64,000 bases of DNA from a bacterium (GCA_043803945.1 JAZDJN010000032.1:1-64000); one strand, 5' to 3'; numbered from the stretch's first letter, positions 21,843 to 32,093 are shown. Translations and numbers: made by a program. The notes: generated by a model not told the origin, from the sequence alone.

Positions 21843-22547
21843 ATGGAACCTGAATCAAATCCAACTGCTCCAAATCGGGAGGGAATTACAATTCTGGCTT
21901 GGATGATTGTAGGCATTGTTCTTGTTAGCATCGCCTATTTCATTCCAGCAGATTCACAAGAACTCTGGCCCAACGTCAATCTCGCATTGCAGATTGCTGG
22001 ACTCTACCTGCTCATCCTTTTAATCTACATACTCCAAAAACCTATCCGGTTGCTGCATGGAGCGCTAATGTGTTTGATTGTGCTCGTCGTAATGGGCTTT
22101 ACCTTCTTTCTGACGTATCGCTTTGAAGATCAAACAAAGTGGCAGGCAGAGCGGCTCCACAAAATTCTTGGTGTAATCAAAGAGGGTATTCGGACTGTTG
22201 AAGCACCAAAGATATTATTGAAGACACTCGAAGCGTATCATCGCAAACAGATGAAGCAGCAAAAGAATCTTGCTGAAACATTCAAGACCTTATACCCAAC
22301 AGCAGAGAGTGGAGTCAATCTGTTCACCAAAGAGTATTTCCCGGATTATTTCTGGTTCGAAAGGACAAGCAATCCTCTTAAAATCTTTGTTCAGTCCATA
22401 GAACCAGGAACGATTGTTCTGGTTGCCATGGATCAATTTCATGAAGGGAAAAACTCCACCTTTAACAATTATGACGGTCAATCGGGAAGGGTGCAGGTTC
22501 GCTACACACTGACTGAGAAAGGAATAACCCATGTCACAGAAAATTGA
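21843..22547 (+). CDS. Hypothetical membrane protein (3 TMs + soluble domain)
   Basis: AGGAGGG SD before ATG 21843; overlaps the next gene. Confidence 0.75.
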   Translation: MEPESNPTAPNREGITILAWMIVGIVLVSIAYFIPADSQELWPNVNLALQIAGLYLLILLIYILQKPIRLLHGALMCLIVLVVMGFTFFLTYRFEDQTKWQAERLHKILGVIKEGIRTVEAPKILLKTLEAYHRKQMKQQKNLAETFKTLYPTAESGVNLFTKEYFPDYFWFERTSNPLKIFVQSIEPGTIVLVAMDQFHEGKNSTFNNYDGQSGRVQVRYTLTEKGITHVTEN

Positions 22548-23319
22548 ACAAGAGACGGTTCTGCCCGTATCTCGACCTGAATTCGAGAAAGGATTTCTTT
22601 GGAAGCTGGGCTTGACTACAATTCTAATCCTTCTTCTAGTTGGAGTTGGCAATTACATTGTGGACAACTTTCAATCCCATGGAATTCAGCTAACATATCC
22701 GTGGGTCATTGCCGGGAGTGTGACCATCGGCAACGGACTGAGCCGATTCAGCTATGAAGCTGGAGGTAAGGAGCCAACACCATTGCCCAGCGCTTTACAC
22801 GCCTGGCCGCTTGCCTCGGTATTGATATTGTATGTCATTACGCCGACAATGTTCCTCTTTGGCTGGAGACGCAACCGTATCCGGTCTAAAGAACCACGCG
22901 AACCCTTACGAGTGCTTCACGTACTGTATATCGCAGCTGCAATCCCGGTGGTTATAACAGCCATATCGGTTATTCCGATGACCTACATCCACGAAGAGGT
23001 CCGATCAAGTCTTCGTGAGGCACAGGCCGTTCAGGAGCAAAAAGACTTCATCATTAACGAATTGAATCTGATTAAGAACAGGGCTATTGAATATACTCTG
23101 CTTCCGAAACAGTTCAATGGAGGGGATGGATCCTTCAATGGGTATGTGATTCCGCAAGAACTTCAAACGACTCCTCAGAGTATGTATGTAAGTACAGTTA
23201 AGGCCGATACGTTGTTCCTTGAAGCTCGCTCGGTCATGTATCCTGAATCCACGGTCAAAGTAAAAATCAGAATCGATGGTACGTGGTTTGACTGGGAATA
23301 TGAAGGGAAACTCCTCTAA
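22531..23319 (+). CDS. Membrane protein with a pilin-like C-terminal domain
   Basis: Three TMs, then QKDFIINELN.I...A.EY..LPKQFNGGDGSFNGYVIP, recalled as similar to Ignavibacteria pilin-like proteins. Confidence 0.65.
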   Translation: MSQKIEQETVLPVSRPEFEKGFLWKLGLTTILILLLVGVGNYIVDNFQSHGIQLTYPWVIAGSVTIGNGLSRFSYEAGGKEPTPLPSALHAWPLASVLILYVITPTMFLFGWRRNRIRSKEPREPLRVLHVLYIAAAIPVVITAISVIPMTYIHEEVRSSLREAQAVQEQKDFIINELNLIKNRAIEYTLLPKQFNGGDGSFNGYVIPQELQTTPQSMYVSTVKADTLFLEARSVMYPESTVKVKIRIDGTWFDWEYEGKLL

Positions 23320-23386
23320 CTGTGTAATGAGGATGGTTTATTCAGAAATAATTAATGACGAATCCTATGGAGTAAAGGAAAAGACT

Positions 23387-23833
23387 ATGGAGAAGATTAG
23401 TTTACAATCACTGATAAAGAATTTTGACTGGCACTGGCTCGTGGTGAGTTATTGTCTGTTTGTCACGCTACATTTACTGCCAACATTTCTTACCCTTTCC
23501 ACCCAGCTCTCAACCGCTGAGTTTGGAATGGGGGGGAGAGTCGTCTGGGCTGCACTTGGAGTACTCTGTATCAGTTGCTATGTCGGTCTCCGATCGAACG
23601 GCTATACCTTACTGGAAACGGCATGTGCCTCAGTTCTGTACGCCCTTACTTTGTCCCTGTTGATTGGGGATTTGCTGTTTCACTATTCTGTTCGTAATGT
23701 TCTTCGGCATGAAATACCCTTTATGCTGGTACTGTTTCTTTTCTCTTTGTTTGGAGCCGCATTGGGGGAATGGATCCAATGGAAGAAGCAGATGAAGGCA
23801 GCAACAACTGCAGAGGGGACGGCTGTTCGATAA
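23387..23833 (+). CDS. Hypothetical four-TM membrane protein
   Basis: AAGGA SD before ATG 23387; four hydrophobic segments. Confidence 0.7.
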   Translation: MEKISLQSLIKNFDWHWLVVSYCLFVTLHLLPTFLTLSTQLSTAEFGMGGRVVWAALGVLCISCYVGLRSNGYTLLETACASVLYALTLSLLIGDLLFHYSVRNVLRHEIPFMLVLFLFSLFGAALGEWIQWKKQMKAATTAEGTAVR

Positions 23834-24126
23834 TATTCTGTCGATAGTGGATATCATCAATTAATTTCTCTACGGTGAACCTGCTAAATCTGCTAGCAAA
23901 CCGACGCTCGCACACCGGATAGGCGATGTTCAAACTGAGATTGGCTAGAGGTAGAGTGCTCACTCCACGGCTGATTGCTGCAAGGAACGAGTCATTCATA
24001 ACTTACAGCGGCGGCTCGCAACGGCGTTTTGCCTCGTTATGTGCCATTTGTCCTGATGGCGTGGATCCTCAATATGAAGGACAAATGCAATGTAAACATG
24101 CCAGGGCGGAAAGGATTCAAGATCTT

Positions 24127-24750
24127 ATGAAAAAGACATTAATATTCTTCCTTTGTTGTTCGACTCTGCTTTACGGTTGCTACCCATTATCTCCGCTAAC
24201 GCAGGAAGACTGGCTTGCACAAAGTTCTTTGCCGGAAAGAGAGATTTTAGTCACTCTTGTCGACGGCTCCGTTATCAAGTCTCAACCTCATCGTTATATC
24301 TATACTACTGGGCCGGCCGACTTCATATATGGTTTTGGAAAACGGAAACATCGTTTCGTTCGCATTGAACATATAGAATTTATTGGCAAGCTGCAATGCG
24401 CATCCATCGATTCCCTCAAGTTAATTGGATCTGTAAATAATAGATACCTAATCTGTTATCTTCCTGACAGTACGGATATTTATTTCCAAGATGGAGATTA
24501 CATTCTGCTAACACCGGATCAACTTCCAGGATTATGGTGTGCAGGAATGCTCAACGTTGATGGCAAACAATCAGTTTTTAGCGGTAGAATCCCAGATGAA
24601 CGCGTCATGCGCATCGAAATGAAGAAATACAATGAGTTACAGACATATCTTTTTTATTGCCGGTGTTGCCGTCGTTGTCGGGATCGTCATCGTCTTAGGC
24701 ATTCTCTCCTCATTCCAACCCAAGTTAAGGAATTTGGATTTTTAGTATAG
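24127..24750 (+). CDS. Hypothetical lipoprotein with a probable C-terminal frameshift
   Basis: MKKTLIFFLCCSTLLYGC lipobox; removing one T from T6 at 24650-24655 gives a clean TM helix ending at TAG 24745. Confidence 0.65.
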   Translation: MKKTLIFFLCCSTLLYGCYPLSPLTQEDWLAQSSLPEREILVTLVDGSVIKSQPHRYIYTTGPADFIYGFGKRKHRFVRIEHIEFIGKLQCASIDSLKLIGSVNNRYLICYLPDSTDIYFQDGDYILLTPDQLPGLWCAGMLNVDGKQSVFSGRIPDERVMRIEMKKYNELQTYLFYCRCCRRCRDRHRLRHSLLIPTQVKEFGFLV

Positions 24751-24769
24751 AATCTATGCAACGATCTAT

Positions 24770-25510
24770 TGTCCCTCTTCAATTGTCCATCCGAACTAAA
24801 AATTCCAACCTTTACAACTCAACCAGGTAGCGATTTCGTAAACCGAGAATAGCATAGAAGAAGATTTTATTGATTGGGACGAGCGAAAGGTGCGGGCATG
24901 TTATTCGCAGGGCAATTTGTCGTCTAAGAAGTAAATGAATTCCCCTCAACCCACAAGGGCAATAGTCGTACGGTAGATTTACTTAAATGTTTCTTACGCG
25001 GCTTTTCTGAGATAGAAATGATGAAGCCCGTTCGCTACGGCCACTCTATCAATCTCCCCATTGGCTTGGACTTTTCTCGGTTCAGGTGAGTCTTTGTTCA
25101 ATCCCAGGTGAGTCCGTTGATTGTTGTAATAGTGAATGTATCGTCTCAAAGATTCCAGCAAATGACGTTCATTCACGATGATCAATAGAAAGCATTTCTC
25201 ACTCCAATACAATTTGAATCCCTGTTGATGCCATCGGAGAACAGTTTCTGGCTTGATGATCAGCAATGTGCTTTTCCAAGAGCTATAGATGTTTGCCAGA
25301 ACGCAGAAGAAGAATCTATCGGAAGGTCTTAGTCGAGGTTTAGGAGATGTGCGAGTCAATATTTCCAGTTGCTTTCTCAGATACACGATTTCAAGCTGGA
25401 GTTGAGTTCTTGATTTGAGGAATCCGAGACAGAATGATAGGAAAGATCTGATCATGTGAGCTTTTACCCTGGCAATTGAGAAAGGACAAAGGTATAGATT
25501 TCAGAGTGAT
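24770..25510 (-). mobile_element. Internally deleted rve-type IS, copy 1
   Basis: Begins tgtccctcttcaattgtccatccg (IR); ORF 24994-25455 fuses the N-terminus (IKPETVLRWH) to the C-terminus (YYNNQRTHLGL.KD.P); the other IR is lost. Confidence 0.85.
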
Positions 25511-25623
25511 AAAACTCTAAGGATCAGTGTACCTATCTGAATAAATTCTTCCCAACAAACCTAACCCTGTTGTTGTGTTGCATCTGGCAGCGAATTTCGA
25601 TATTTTTTATGCATATTATGTTT

Positions 25624-25706
25624 GGAGAGCTGGCAGAACAGCTATTGCATCGGTCTTGAAAACCGCCCTCTACAAGAACTTCGGAGTTCGAATCCCTCGC
25701 TCTCCG
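25624..25706 (+). tRNA. Degenerate tRNA-Ser (TGA anticodon), likely pseudo-tRNA
   Basis: Perfect GGAGAGC/GCTCTCC acceptor, CGGT-CTTGAAA-ACCG arm, long variable region, TTCGAAT loop; D-loop GG absent and T-stem mispaired. Confidence 0.75.
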
Positions 25707-25811
25707 CAACAGTTTCCTCGCTGAGCATGAAGGTTTATTTTTCAGCGGAGATATATACGAGAAATTGCATCGGGGTGGGGTCCATCTCAATCCGATACTC
25801 GTTCTCGATTG

Positions 25812-25840
25812 AATCTCGCTCATAAGCGGGATTTTTTATT
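25812..25840 (+). terminator. Probable intrinsic terminator
   Basis: aatctcgct-cata-agcgggatt followed by ttttattt. Confidence 0.6.
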
Positions 25841-25910
25841 TGCACATCGAATGTTGGCTGTCCAGTTCTGCTGCTGAAGTCCCAGTGCCACAAGTCGGAG
25901 ATAGTTATTT

Positions 25911-27902
25911 ATGGACTCTCAACTCTTCCGCAAGTTCGACCTGACGCGCCCTCTTCAGATAGTCCCTCCCATTGAAGAATGGTGCGGTAGTGACGAAAAA
26001 ACTATGCGTTCCGGTTTTCAAAACCTGATCAACATGGGTGTAAGCGGCTTTGTGACAAACGTGAAGCTCGAAAAGTACTTGACCGATGAAACCTCCTGGG
26101 ACGTGCTTCGGCGGGGAGTGAAACTGGCTCACGAAATGGGTCTCAGAGTCTGGATCTATGACGAGAAAGGGTATCCCAGCGGAACTGCGGGAGGATTGGT
26201 GCTTGAACAGTATCCAAAGGGTGAAGCGGAGGGGCTGATACGGGCATTCAACGACGATGGTACCGCACGTTATAAAGTTGTCAAGCTGTTTGAAAATACC
26301 CACGCCACTGCAAATTTTTTCGAGAAGCGTCATTACATCAACATCCTCGATCGGGAAGCTGTAGCGAGATTCATCAACGTAACGCATGAACGCTATGAAC
26401 AGGCTCTCCATCCGATCGGAGAGTATATCGAAGCATTCTTTACCGACGAGCCTTCTTTGATCTCCACGTACGTGCCTGCGGGACTGGATTACCCGAAGAC
26501 GATTCCCTGGCATGAGAGTCTGCCGCAGATATTCCGTTCACGATATGGATACGATCTCATGCAACACTTGGAAAGCCTGTTTGTCAATACCGGGGAAGTC
26601 GATAGGAAAATCCGATGCGATTTCTATGAGATGATTGCACAACTGTGTTCGGAGATATATTTTGGACAGCTGCAGAACTGGTGCCAGTCCCACAACGTGA
26701 TGTCGAGCGGTCATCTTCTTGGTGAGGAAACGCTCGTGTGGCAGACACTCTTTGACGGTGATCCATTTCCCTGCTATAAACGATTCGATCTCCAGGGCAT
26801 CGATATGATCCTCTCTGATCCAGAGAGGATCATGGAAGACAGAGAACCTTTCTTTCTGGTTCCAAAGGTTGCTGGTTCTGCGGCGCGGCTTAATGGCAAG
26901 CGACGAGTCATGTGCGAGACCAGCGACTTCTTTGGTTTGATGGGAGGACGTCACGCCTCTCTGGAACAAATGAAATGCACTGCGGGCGTCCTCATGAGCC
27001 TCGGGATTACAGATTTCACAAGTTATTACAGTGTTTCTCTTCGGCCAGATCAGCCAGCAGATCATACACTAAAGTCACGACGCTTCTCCGTTGAAGAATA
27101 CCGGCAATATACTGACTATGTGAGCTGCGTAAATACGATGTTCGGTGAAGGAATAGTTGCCCCACGGACTGCCGTTCTGCATCCAATGGTTTCGCTCTGG
27201 GCGAACTTCACGCCGCCAACGCGCTCCATGTACGAACTTCATCCAAGCGAACGGATTCGCCTGATCGATGATTCGTTCGCGAACCTTTGCCGCAATCTGC
27301 TGCAACATCAGGTGGAGTATGATCTCATTGATGAACGGAGTCTGATTGAGGCAACAGTGAAGGAGAAATCCTTGTGTATTGGGGAACGCCAGTATGAAGT
27401 TCTTGTTCTCCCGCCCATGGATACGATTCGGCAGCGAACACTGGAAACAATTCATCGGTTCGTCCGACAGGGAGGCTCGGTCTTTGCACATTCGCTCCTA
27501 CCTGAGTATGCTGCAGAAGGACCTGACAGAGACAACGATATCAGGAAGCTCGTTCGTGATATCATTGCAAGGGGTGGTTTTGGAGGAGCAACACAGAGCA
27601 CAACACCGATCCACTACCTGATTCGTTCCCGTGTACCGCCTCTTTGCCATCTTACTCCATCCACATTGAGTGTTCTCTGCACAACCATCTCGCGAAAGGA
27701 TGGGCGTTCCTATTTCCTGGTTAACTACTCGTCCCGAGAGTATACCGGCATCTGCACATTCCGATCGGTGGGGAGTATGCGTGCCCTTGATCCCGCATCG
27801 GGCAAGGAGCGTGTACTGGAATACAAAAACGTTGACAGAGCAAGCACTCAGGTATCATTGACAATGCCCCCGTTCGCATCACTCTTTGTGATATTTCACT
27901 GA
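25911..27902 (+). CDS. GH106-like glycoside hydrolase (alpha-L-rhamnosidase-like)
   Basis: GLRVWIYDEKGYPSGTAGG, FFTDEP, R.DFYE...Q...WC..H....GHLL.EE, VAGSAARLNG.RRVMCE, class-I GATase-like C-terminal domain; no signal peptide. Confidence 0.8.
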   Translation: MDSQLFRKFDLTRPLQIVPPIEEWCGSDEKTMRSGFQNLINMGVSGFVTNVKLEKYLTDETSWDVLRRGVKLAHEMGLRVWIYDEKGYPSGTAGGLVLEQYPKGEAEGLIRAFNDDGTARYKVVKLFENTHATANFFEKRHYINILDREAVARFINVTHERYEQALHPIGEYIEAFFTDEPSLISTYVPAGLDYPKTIPWHESLPQIFRSRYGYDLMQHLESLFVNTGEVDRKIRCDFYEMIAQLCSEIYFGQLQNWCQSHNVMSSGHLLGEETLVWQTLFDGDPFPCYKRFDLQGIDMILSDPERIMEDREPFFLVPKVAGSAARLNGKRRVMCETSDFFGLMGGRHASLEQMKCTAGVLMSLGITDFTSYYSVSLRPDQPADHTLKSRRFSVEEYRQYTDYVSCVNTMFGEGIVAPRTAVLHPMVSLWANFTPPTRSMYELHPSERIRLIDDSFANLCRNLLQHQVEYDLIDERSLIEATVKEKSLCIGERQYEVLVLPPMDTIRQRTLETIHRFVRQGGSVFAHSLLPEYAAEGPDRDNDIRKLVRDIIARGGFGGATQSTTPIHYLIRSRVPPLCHLTPSTLSVLCTTISRKDGRSYFLVNYSSREYTGICTFRSVGSMRALDPASGKERVLEYKNVDRASTQVSLTMPPFASLFVIFH

Positions 27903-28214
27903 ACACTTACCCGACTTGGCGATAGCTGGTCGTAGATCTCAATGTTCACCGTCGGCTTCTTGAGCAAAAGAAACTCTTGAATCTGATTGTGAAGAAGCCA
28001 CTAGATACAAGATTAACGTTTGCAGAGATCGATTACTCCCAACGAGGATTTATATTTCTTCTTCTTGAAGTGAGTTGTTTGTCCTTCCCGGGAGTGCGTT
28101 ATACGAGACGACAACCGACCAAAGCATGAGAAGGCAGGATCTCCAAGAAATATCTTGAATGTCGGTTTGAAGGAAGAGGGAATATCTTTCTCAAGAAAGC
28201 TGGAACGATTTAGC

Positions 28215-28674
28215 CCTAATTAGTGGAGCTCCCCAGAGAGGATTATCATTCGCAATCTGTTTGATCAGATTGATTTGCTCTTGTGGGATTGTTGGTCTAC
28301 CGAGCGATGATTTGCTTTTCCATCTCCAATACAATTTGAATCCCTGTTGATGCCATCGGAGAACAGTTTCTGGCTTGATGATCAGCAATGTGCTTTTCCA
28401 AGAGCTATAGATGTTTGCCAGAACGCAGAAGAAGAATCTATCGGAAGGTCGTAGCCGAGGTCGAGGAGATGTGCGAGCCAATATTTCCAGTTGCTTTCTC
28501 AGATACACGATTTCCAGCTGGAGTTGAGTTCTTGATTTGATGGATCCGATTCAGAATGATAGGAGAGATTTCATCATGTGAGTTTTGCCCTGTTAATTGA
28601 CACAGAACAAAAGTATCGATTTCAATTTGAATTTATTATTATATTGTACACGGATAGAGTTTTGACAAGGTACA
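28215..28674 (-). mobile_element. Truncated rve-type IS, copy 2 (5' part)
   Basis: Encodes ..RPRLRPSDR..IKPETVLRWH..GRP.I...IANDNPLWGAP; ends cggatagagttttgacaaggtaca (IR). Confidence 0.85.
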
Positions 28675-28791
28675 ACCAATTTGTGATGTTCTGCCAATCG
28701 ATTCAGCCTGCGTTGGCAGAATGCTACAAAACCAGGATCCAGCATATTCACTGCAGGCAATTAATGTATCTGGTATGTATTTTCCTCAAGA

Positions 28792-30237
28792 ATGAATAAT
28801 TCCTCTAAGATGAAGCCACCCGGCCGGAACGATCCCTGTTACTGCGGCAGTAATAAGAAATATAAACACTGTCATGGTACGAGTACGGTTTTACCCTCCG
28901 AAGCAGTTTATTCAAGAATCCGACGACTCGATTGGGAATCTGCATCTCTCCTTTTGAAATTTGCCCGGAGGAAATATGGCGAGGATTTTCTAGAGGAGGC
29001 ATGGGAGGATTTCCGGTTAGCCGATGGTACTCCGTTCGATATGGATGGTCCGGAGGCCGATGCTTTCACACGGTGGTCTCTGTTCAACTTTAAACCGGGA
29101 AGGGATACAACTGTAGCGGAACTGTTCCTCAATGAAGCTGGTACAAGAATCGACCGTGATCTCTATCGATTCATCGAAAGCACGGCAAACTCACCGTATT
29201 CTTTCTATCAGGTTCTGGAGGTTCAACCAGACGAAGGACTCTCCCTCCGGGATATTCTGCGTAGGTGCGATGTGAATGTGAAGGAACGATCGGCATCGAA
29301 GATTCTCCAGCCTGGCCATATTACTCTTGCCCGTGTCGTCGAATTGGATGGTATCCACTTCTTTATGGGGGTTGGTGCAGATGTCATCCAGCCCGGATTA
29401 CTCGATAAAGTGCTGACATTGAGGGAATTCCTGAAGCAGGAGGCCTCGTCGGAGCAAAATTCCATTTCCACTGAAACACTTCTGGAAAAGGAAGAGGTTC
29501 TTCGCGAGGTGTATTTTGATATCAGCGATATGCAGAGAAGGCCTCCGAAGATTCAGAATACGGATGGCGATCCACTTGTATTTTGTACACTGACGTATGA
29601 GATCCCGTCGTTGGAGATCGCCTTTCACGCACTGAAGGATCTTGAACAAAAGGTCTTACCGCGAGAGGATGAGGCATTCTTCGACGAGGCCGAGAGAGAC
29701 AAAGCGGGGCGTCCAATGGAGATTCTCCTCCATTGGCTTCGAAAGGGACACAAGGGCGGATTTGGAGATAACACAACGCTTGCAGCATTGAGGATCTCTA
29801 AAAGGAAACTGGTCGTTGAAGTCAATTCCGAGCGTCGCGCTAAACGCATTCAGAAAGAGATCGAAAAGCGACTCGGAGATGAAGCAGTTCTCCTTCGTAC
29901 GGAAACCCGGTCACACGAAAGCATTTTCAAAGAACTGGAGAATTCGAAGGAGGAGCCGCGTCCAAATTCGGAACATGACCGGCTGATGAAGGAATCGCCG
30001 GAGGCCAGGGATATCATGAAGCAGATGATGGATCAGCATTGGAAATCCTGGCTTGAAGAACCGATTCCCGCCTTGAGAGGAATGACGCCCCGTATCGCTG
30101 CCAAAGATCCGGAAGGCCTCGAACTTCTCGGGTCGCTACTCATGGATTTTGATTTGCGAAATCAATCTGTAGAGGATGAATTCCTGAAGGTCAATACGGC
30201 TATGCTGCGAAGAGAGTTAGGATTGGAGCATGAGTAG
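28792..30237 (+). CDS. SEC-C motif protein with a C-terminal Xre/MbcA/ParS-like motif
   Basis: GRNDPCYCGSNKKYKHCHG at the N-terminus; WLEEPIPALRGMTPR near the C-terminus. Confidence 0.82.
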   Translation: MNNSSKMKPPGRNDPCYCGSNKKYKHCHGTSTVLPSEAVYSRIRRLDWESASLLLKFARRKYGEDFLEEAWEDFRLADGTPFDMDGPEADAFTRWSLFNFKPGRDTTVAELFLNEAGTRIDRDLYRFIESTANSPYSFYQVLEVQPDEGLSLRDILRRCDVNVKERSASKILQPGHITLARVVELDGIHFFMGVGADVIQPGLLDKVLTLREFLKQEASSEQNSISTETLLEKEEVLREVYFDISDMQRRPPKIQNTDGDPLVFCTLTYEIPSLEIAFHALKDLEQKVLPREDEAFFDEAERDKAGRPMEILLHWLRKGHKGGFGDNTTLAALRISKRKLVVEVNSERRAKRIQKEIEKRLGDEAVLLRTETRSHESIFKELENSKEEPRPNSEHDRLMKESPEARDIMKQMMDQHWKSWLEEPIPALRGMTPRIAAKDPEGLELLGSLLMDFDLRNQSVEDEFLKVNTAMLRRELGLEHE

Positions 30238-30273
30238 GACGCAGAAGCATAAGCGTTCTGCTTGATAATCCAT

Positions 30274-31494
30274 TCAGTTCAGTTTTTCGATGGCTTTTAT
30301 CGCATGAACCGGTCTTGGATTACTTTTCGTGAACACTTTCATATCGTTTGTCTTTTCAATTGTCACAAAGCTCTCATCAATCTTTCCATTGCTATCGATA
30401 ATCCTCGAGAGATCCAATTTCAAATACTCCGCGATGAAGGGATACACTGCAGCACGCTTTGACACTCCATAATCATGCCCTTCTTTTGGGAAATGGACAT
30501 TCTGAACCAGATCCTCCACACCATAAAGCTTGTATACTTTTTTAATGTAAGGGTATTCGACTTCGGGATTATTTTTGGTCCAGTCAGCTCCATCTGAAAT
30601 CAGCAAGAGAGGTTTAGGAGCGAACAACGCTGCAATGTCGGCGTTGTTTGTAAGATGGTACGCGCTTTGGTGAATCGGCATCCCGCTTTCGCAGACACAC
30701 CCACCGAAAAAATGAGATGAGACCATAACAGCCGGCACACTCACAGATACTCTCTTGTCAACTGCGGCCAGGAGAAATGTCTGCGTTCCGCCGCCGGAAG
30801 CTCCGGTAATACCAATCCTTTTTGGGTCAACGTTTTTTATGGAAAGCAGGAAATCAACAGCGCGTATGCTGTTTAACAATTGATACTTGAGCTCTTTCCG
30901 GAAACTGTTGTGCGATTGCGGGAATTTGTAATTTTCAAATTGCGTTGATTCTCCCCAGCCGATCATGTCGTACGAGAAGACGATTGCACCCATTCGTGCA
31001 AATGCGGCACAACGGATTTGTTGATCTTTCCTGAATCTCCCACCGCCGCTAAGGGAATCGGGCATGAAATGACCGTGCGGGCAGAGGATTGCGGCATAGG
31101 AACCTTGGTTGGTGGTTGGCCGATAGAGATTTCCAGTGACAAAAAACCCTGGCATGCTTTCAAAGGCAACATTTTCTACGGTGTAACCGTCATAAGATCG
31201 TTTGGAAGTCAAGATTGGCTTCAAAGGTGTCTTTGCTGGGAGTGGATCGAGTTCGGCACTGATGAGAATCTGTTTGCGGATGTTGTTGGCCCTTGTTTCC
31301 CATTCGATGCTGTTTGAATATGTTCCTGAGAAGTTGATCAGTTCCTGTCTTCCTTGTTCTTCAGTGAGAAATTTTCCCTGTCGCAATGTTGCTGCATCCT
31401 GTTTCACTTGCGTATAGGAATTATTGAATAAGAACATCCAGACGAGGATAACCTGAACATGATGTACTCGAGTCAGCTGGAGTAATGTTTTCAT
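30274..31494 (-). CDS. Secreted alpha/beta-hydrolase, acetylxylan esterase-like
   Basis: YTVENVAFES.PG.FVTGNLYRP, CPHGH, GITGASGGGTQT (GxSxG), GGCVCE, HDYG. Confidence 0.85.
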   Translation of the reverse strand: MKTLLQLTRVHHVQVILVWMFLFNNSYTQVKQDAATLRQGKFLTEEQGRQELINFSGTYSNSIEWETRANNIRKQILISAELDPLPAKTPLKPILTSKRSYDGYTVENVAFESMPGFFVTGNLYRPTTNQGSYAAILCPHGHFMPDSLSGGGRFRKDQQIRCAAFARMGAIVFSYDMIGWGESTQFENYKFPQSHNSFRKELKYQLLNSIRAVDFLLSIKNVDPKRIGITGASGGGTQTFLLAAVDKRVSVSVPAVMVSSHFFGGCVCESGMPIHQSAYHLTNNADIAALFAPKPLLLISDGADWTKNNPEVEYPYIKKVYKLYGVEDLVQNVHFPKEGHDYGVSKRAAVYPFIAEYLKLDLSRIIDSNGKIDESFVTIEKTNDMKVFTKSNPRPVHAIKAIEKLN

Positions 31495-31685
31495 CTAATT
31501 CCTTGAATATCTTCGTAGAAAAATGATCCTGTGTAAATTAGGCAGATATTTGCCTATCTGCCACAATTATGCAATATGACAGGGAGAGTTTCTTTATCAG
31601 CCCCACTTTGTTTGTGGGTTTGGGACGGACATTCCAAATTTACAAAACAAGGTTGAGGCTAATGCTTTCTTAAACATAAGGTCTA

Positions 31686-31798
31686 AAAAAAATAACGAGC
31701 CAGACCGTAAGGAGGGTTGGGCGCAGTTGTTATAGTGATGTCCCGACAGAATATGGTGTCCTGTTTATCCCGATGTTGTATCTCGGAATCCCGCTGCA
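31686..31798 (+). repeat. Degenerate copy of the tRNA-Met downstream region
   Basis: gacagaatatggtgtcctgttta is identical at 21291-21313 and 31745-31767; flanks are similar (aacgagcc.., cccgct). Confidence 0.75.
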
Positions 31799-31838
31799 GG
31801 CTCGGCCGATATTTATTGACAGTAATCTGTTCCTGCAA

Positions 31839-32093
31839 CTAAACGATTCGTAAGTTGATGCCAAGAAAATCGATATCCTTCGTTGGTCTGGCATTATGAA
31901 TATTGTAGGCAAGAAGAAGAAAACCACCTTTCAGCACAAACTTGTCGGCATGCTTTGATTCAGCAAGGCATGCAAGAAAGCGTTCCTGTATGTAGCGAAG
32001 TAAAAGGAAATTGAAATCGAGGTTATCTCGTTCAGCAAGATTCTTCAAGCGAGCCAGTACGGAGGCAGCCGTATTTGTTGGATTCTGTTTCAT
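31839..32093 (-). pseudogene. abiEii: AbiEii nucleotidyltransferase toxin, N-terminal fragment
   Basis: ASVLARLKNLA, RYIQERFL, FVLKGG.LL, RPTKDIDFL, then stop. Confidence 0.85.

Noticed and set aside
23996-24045. attC-like site (cataac...gttatg) before the lipoprotein gene
   Set aside because: Single short copy, weak internal pairing, no L boxes or integron integrase seen.
25624-25706. tRNA-Sec or opal suppressor
   Set aside because: The anticodon is TGA, which reads the Ser codon UCA; tRNA-Sec would need TCA.
24770-28674. Intact composite transposon formed by IS copies 1 and 2
   Set aside because: Outer IRs are correctly oriented, but flanks (gatctat / accaatt) show no target duplication and neither copy encodes a full transposase.
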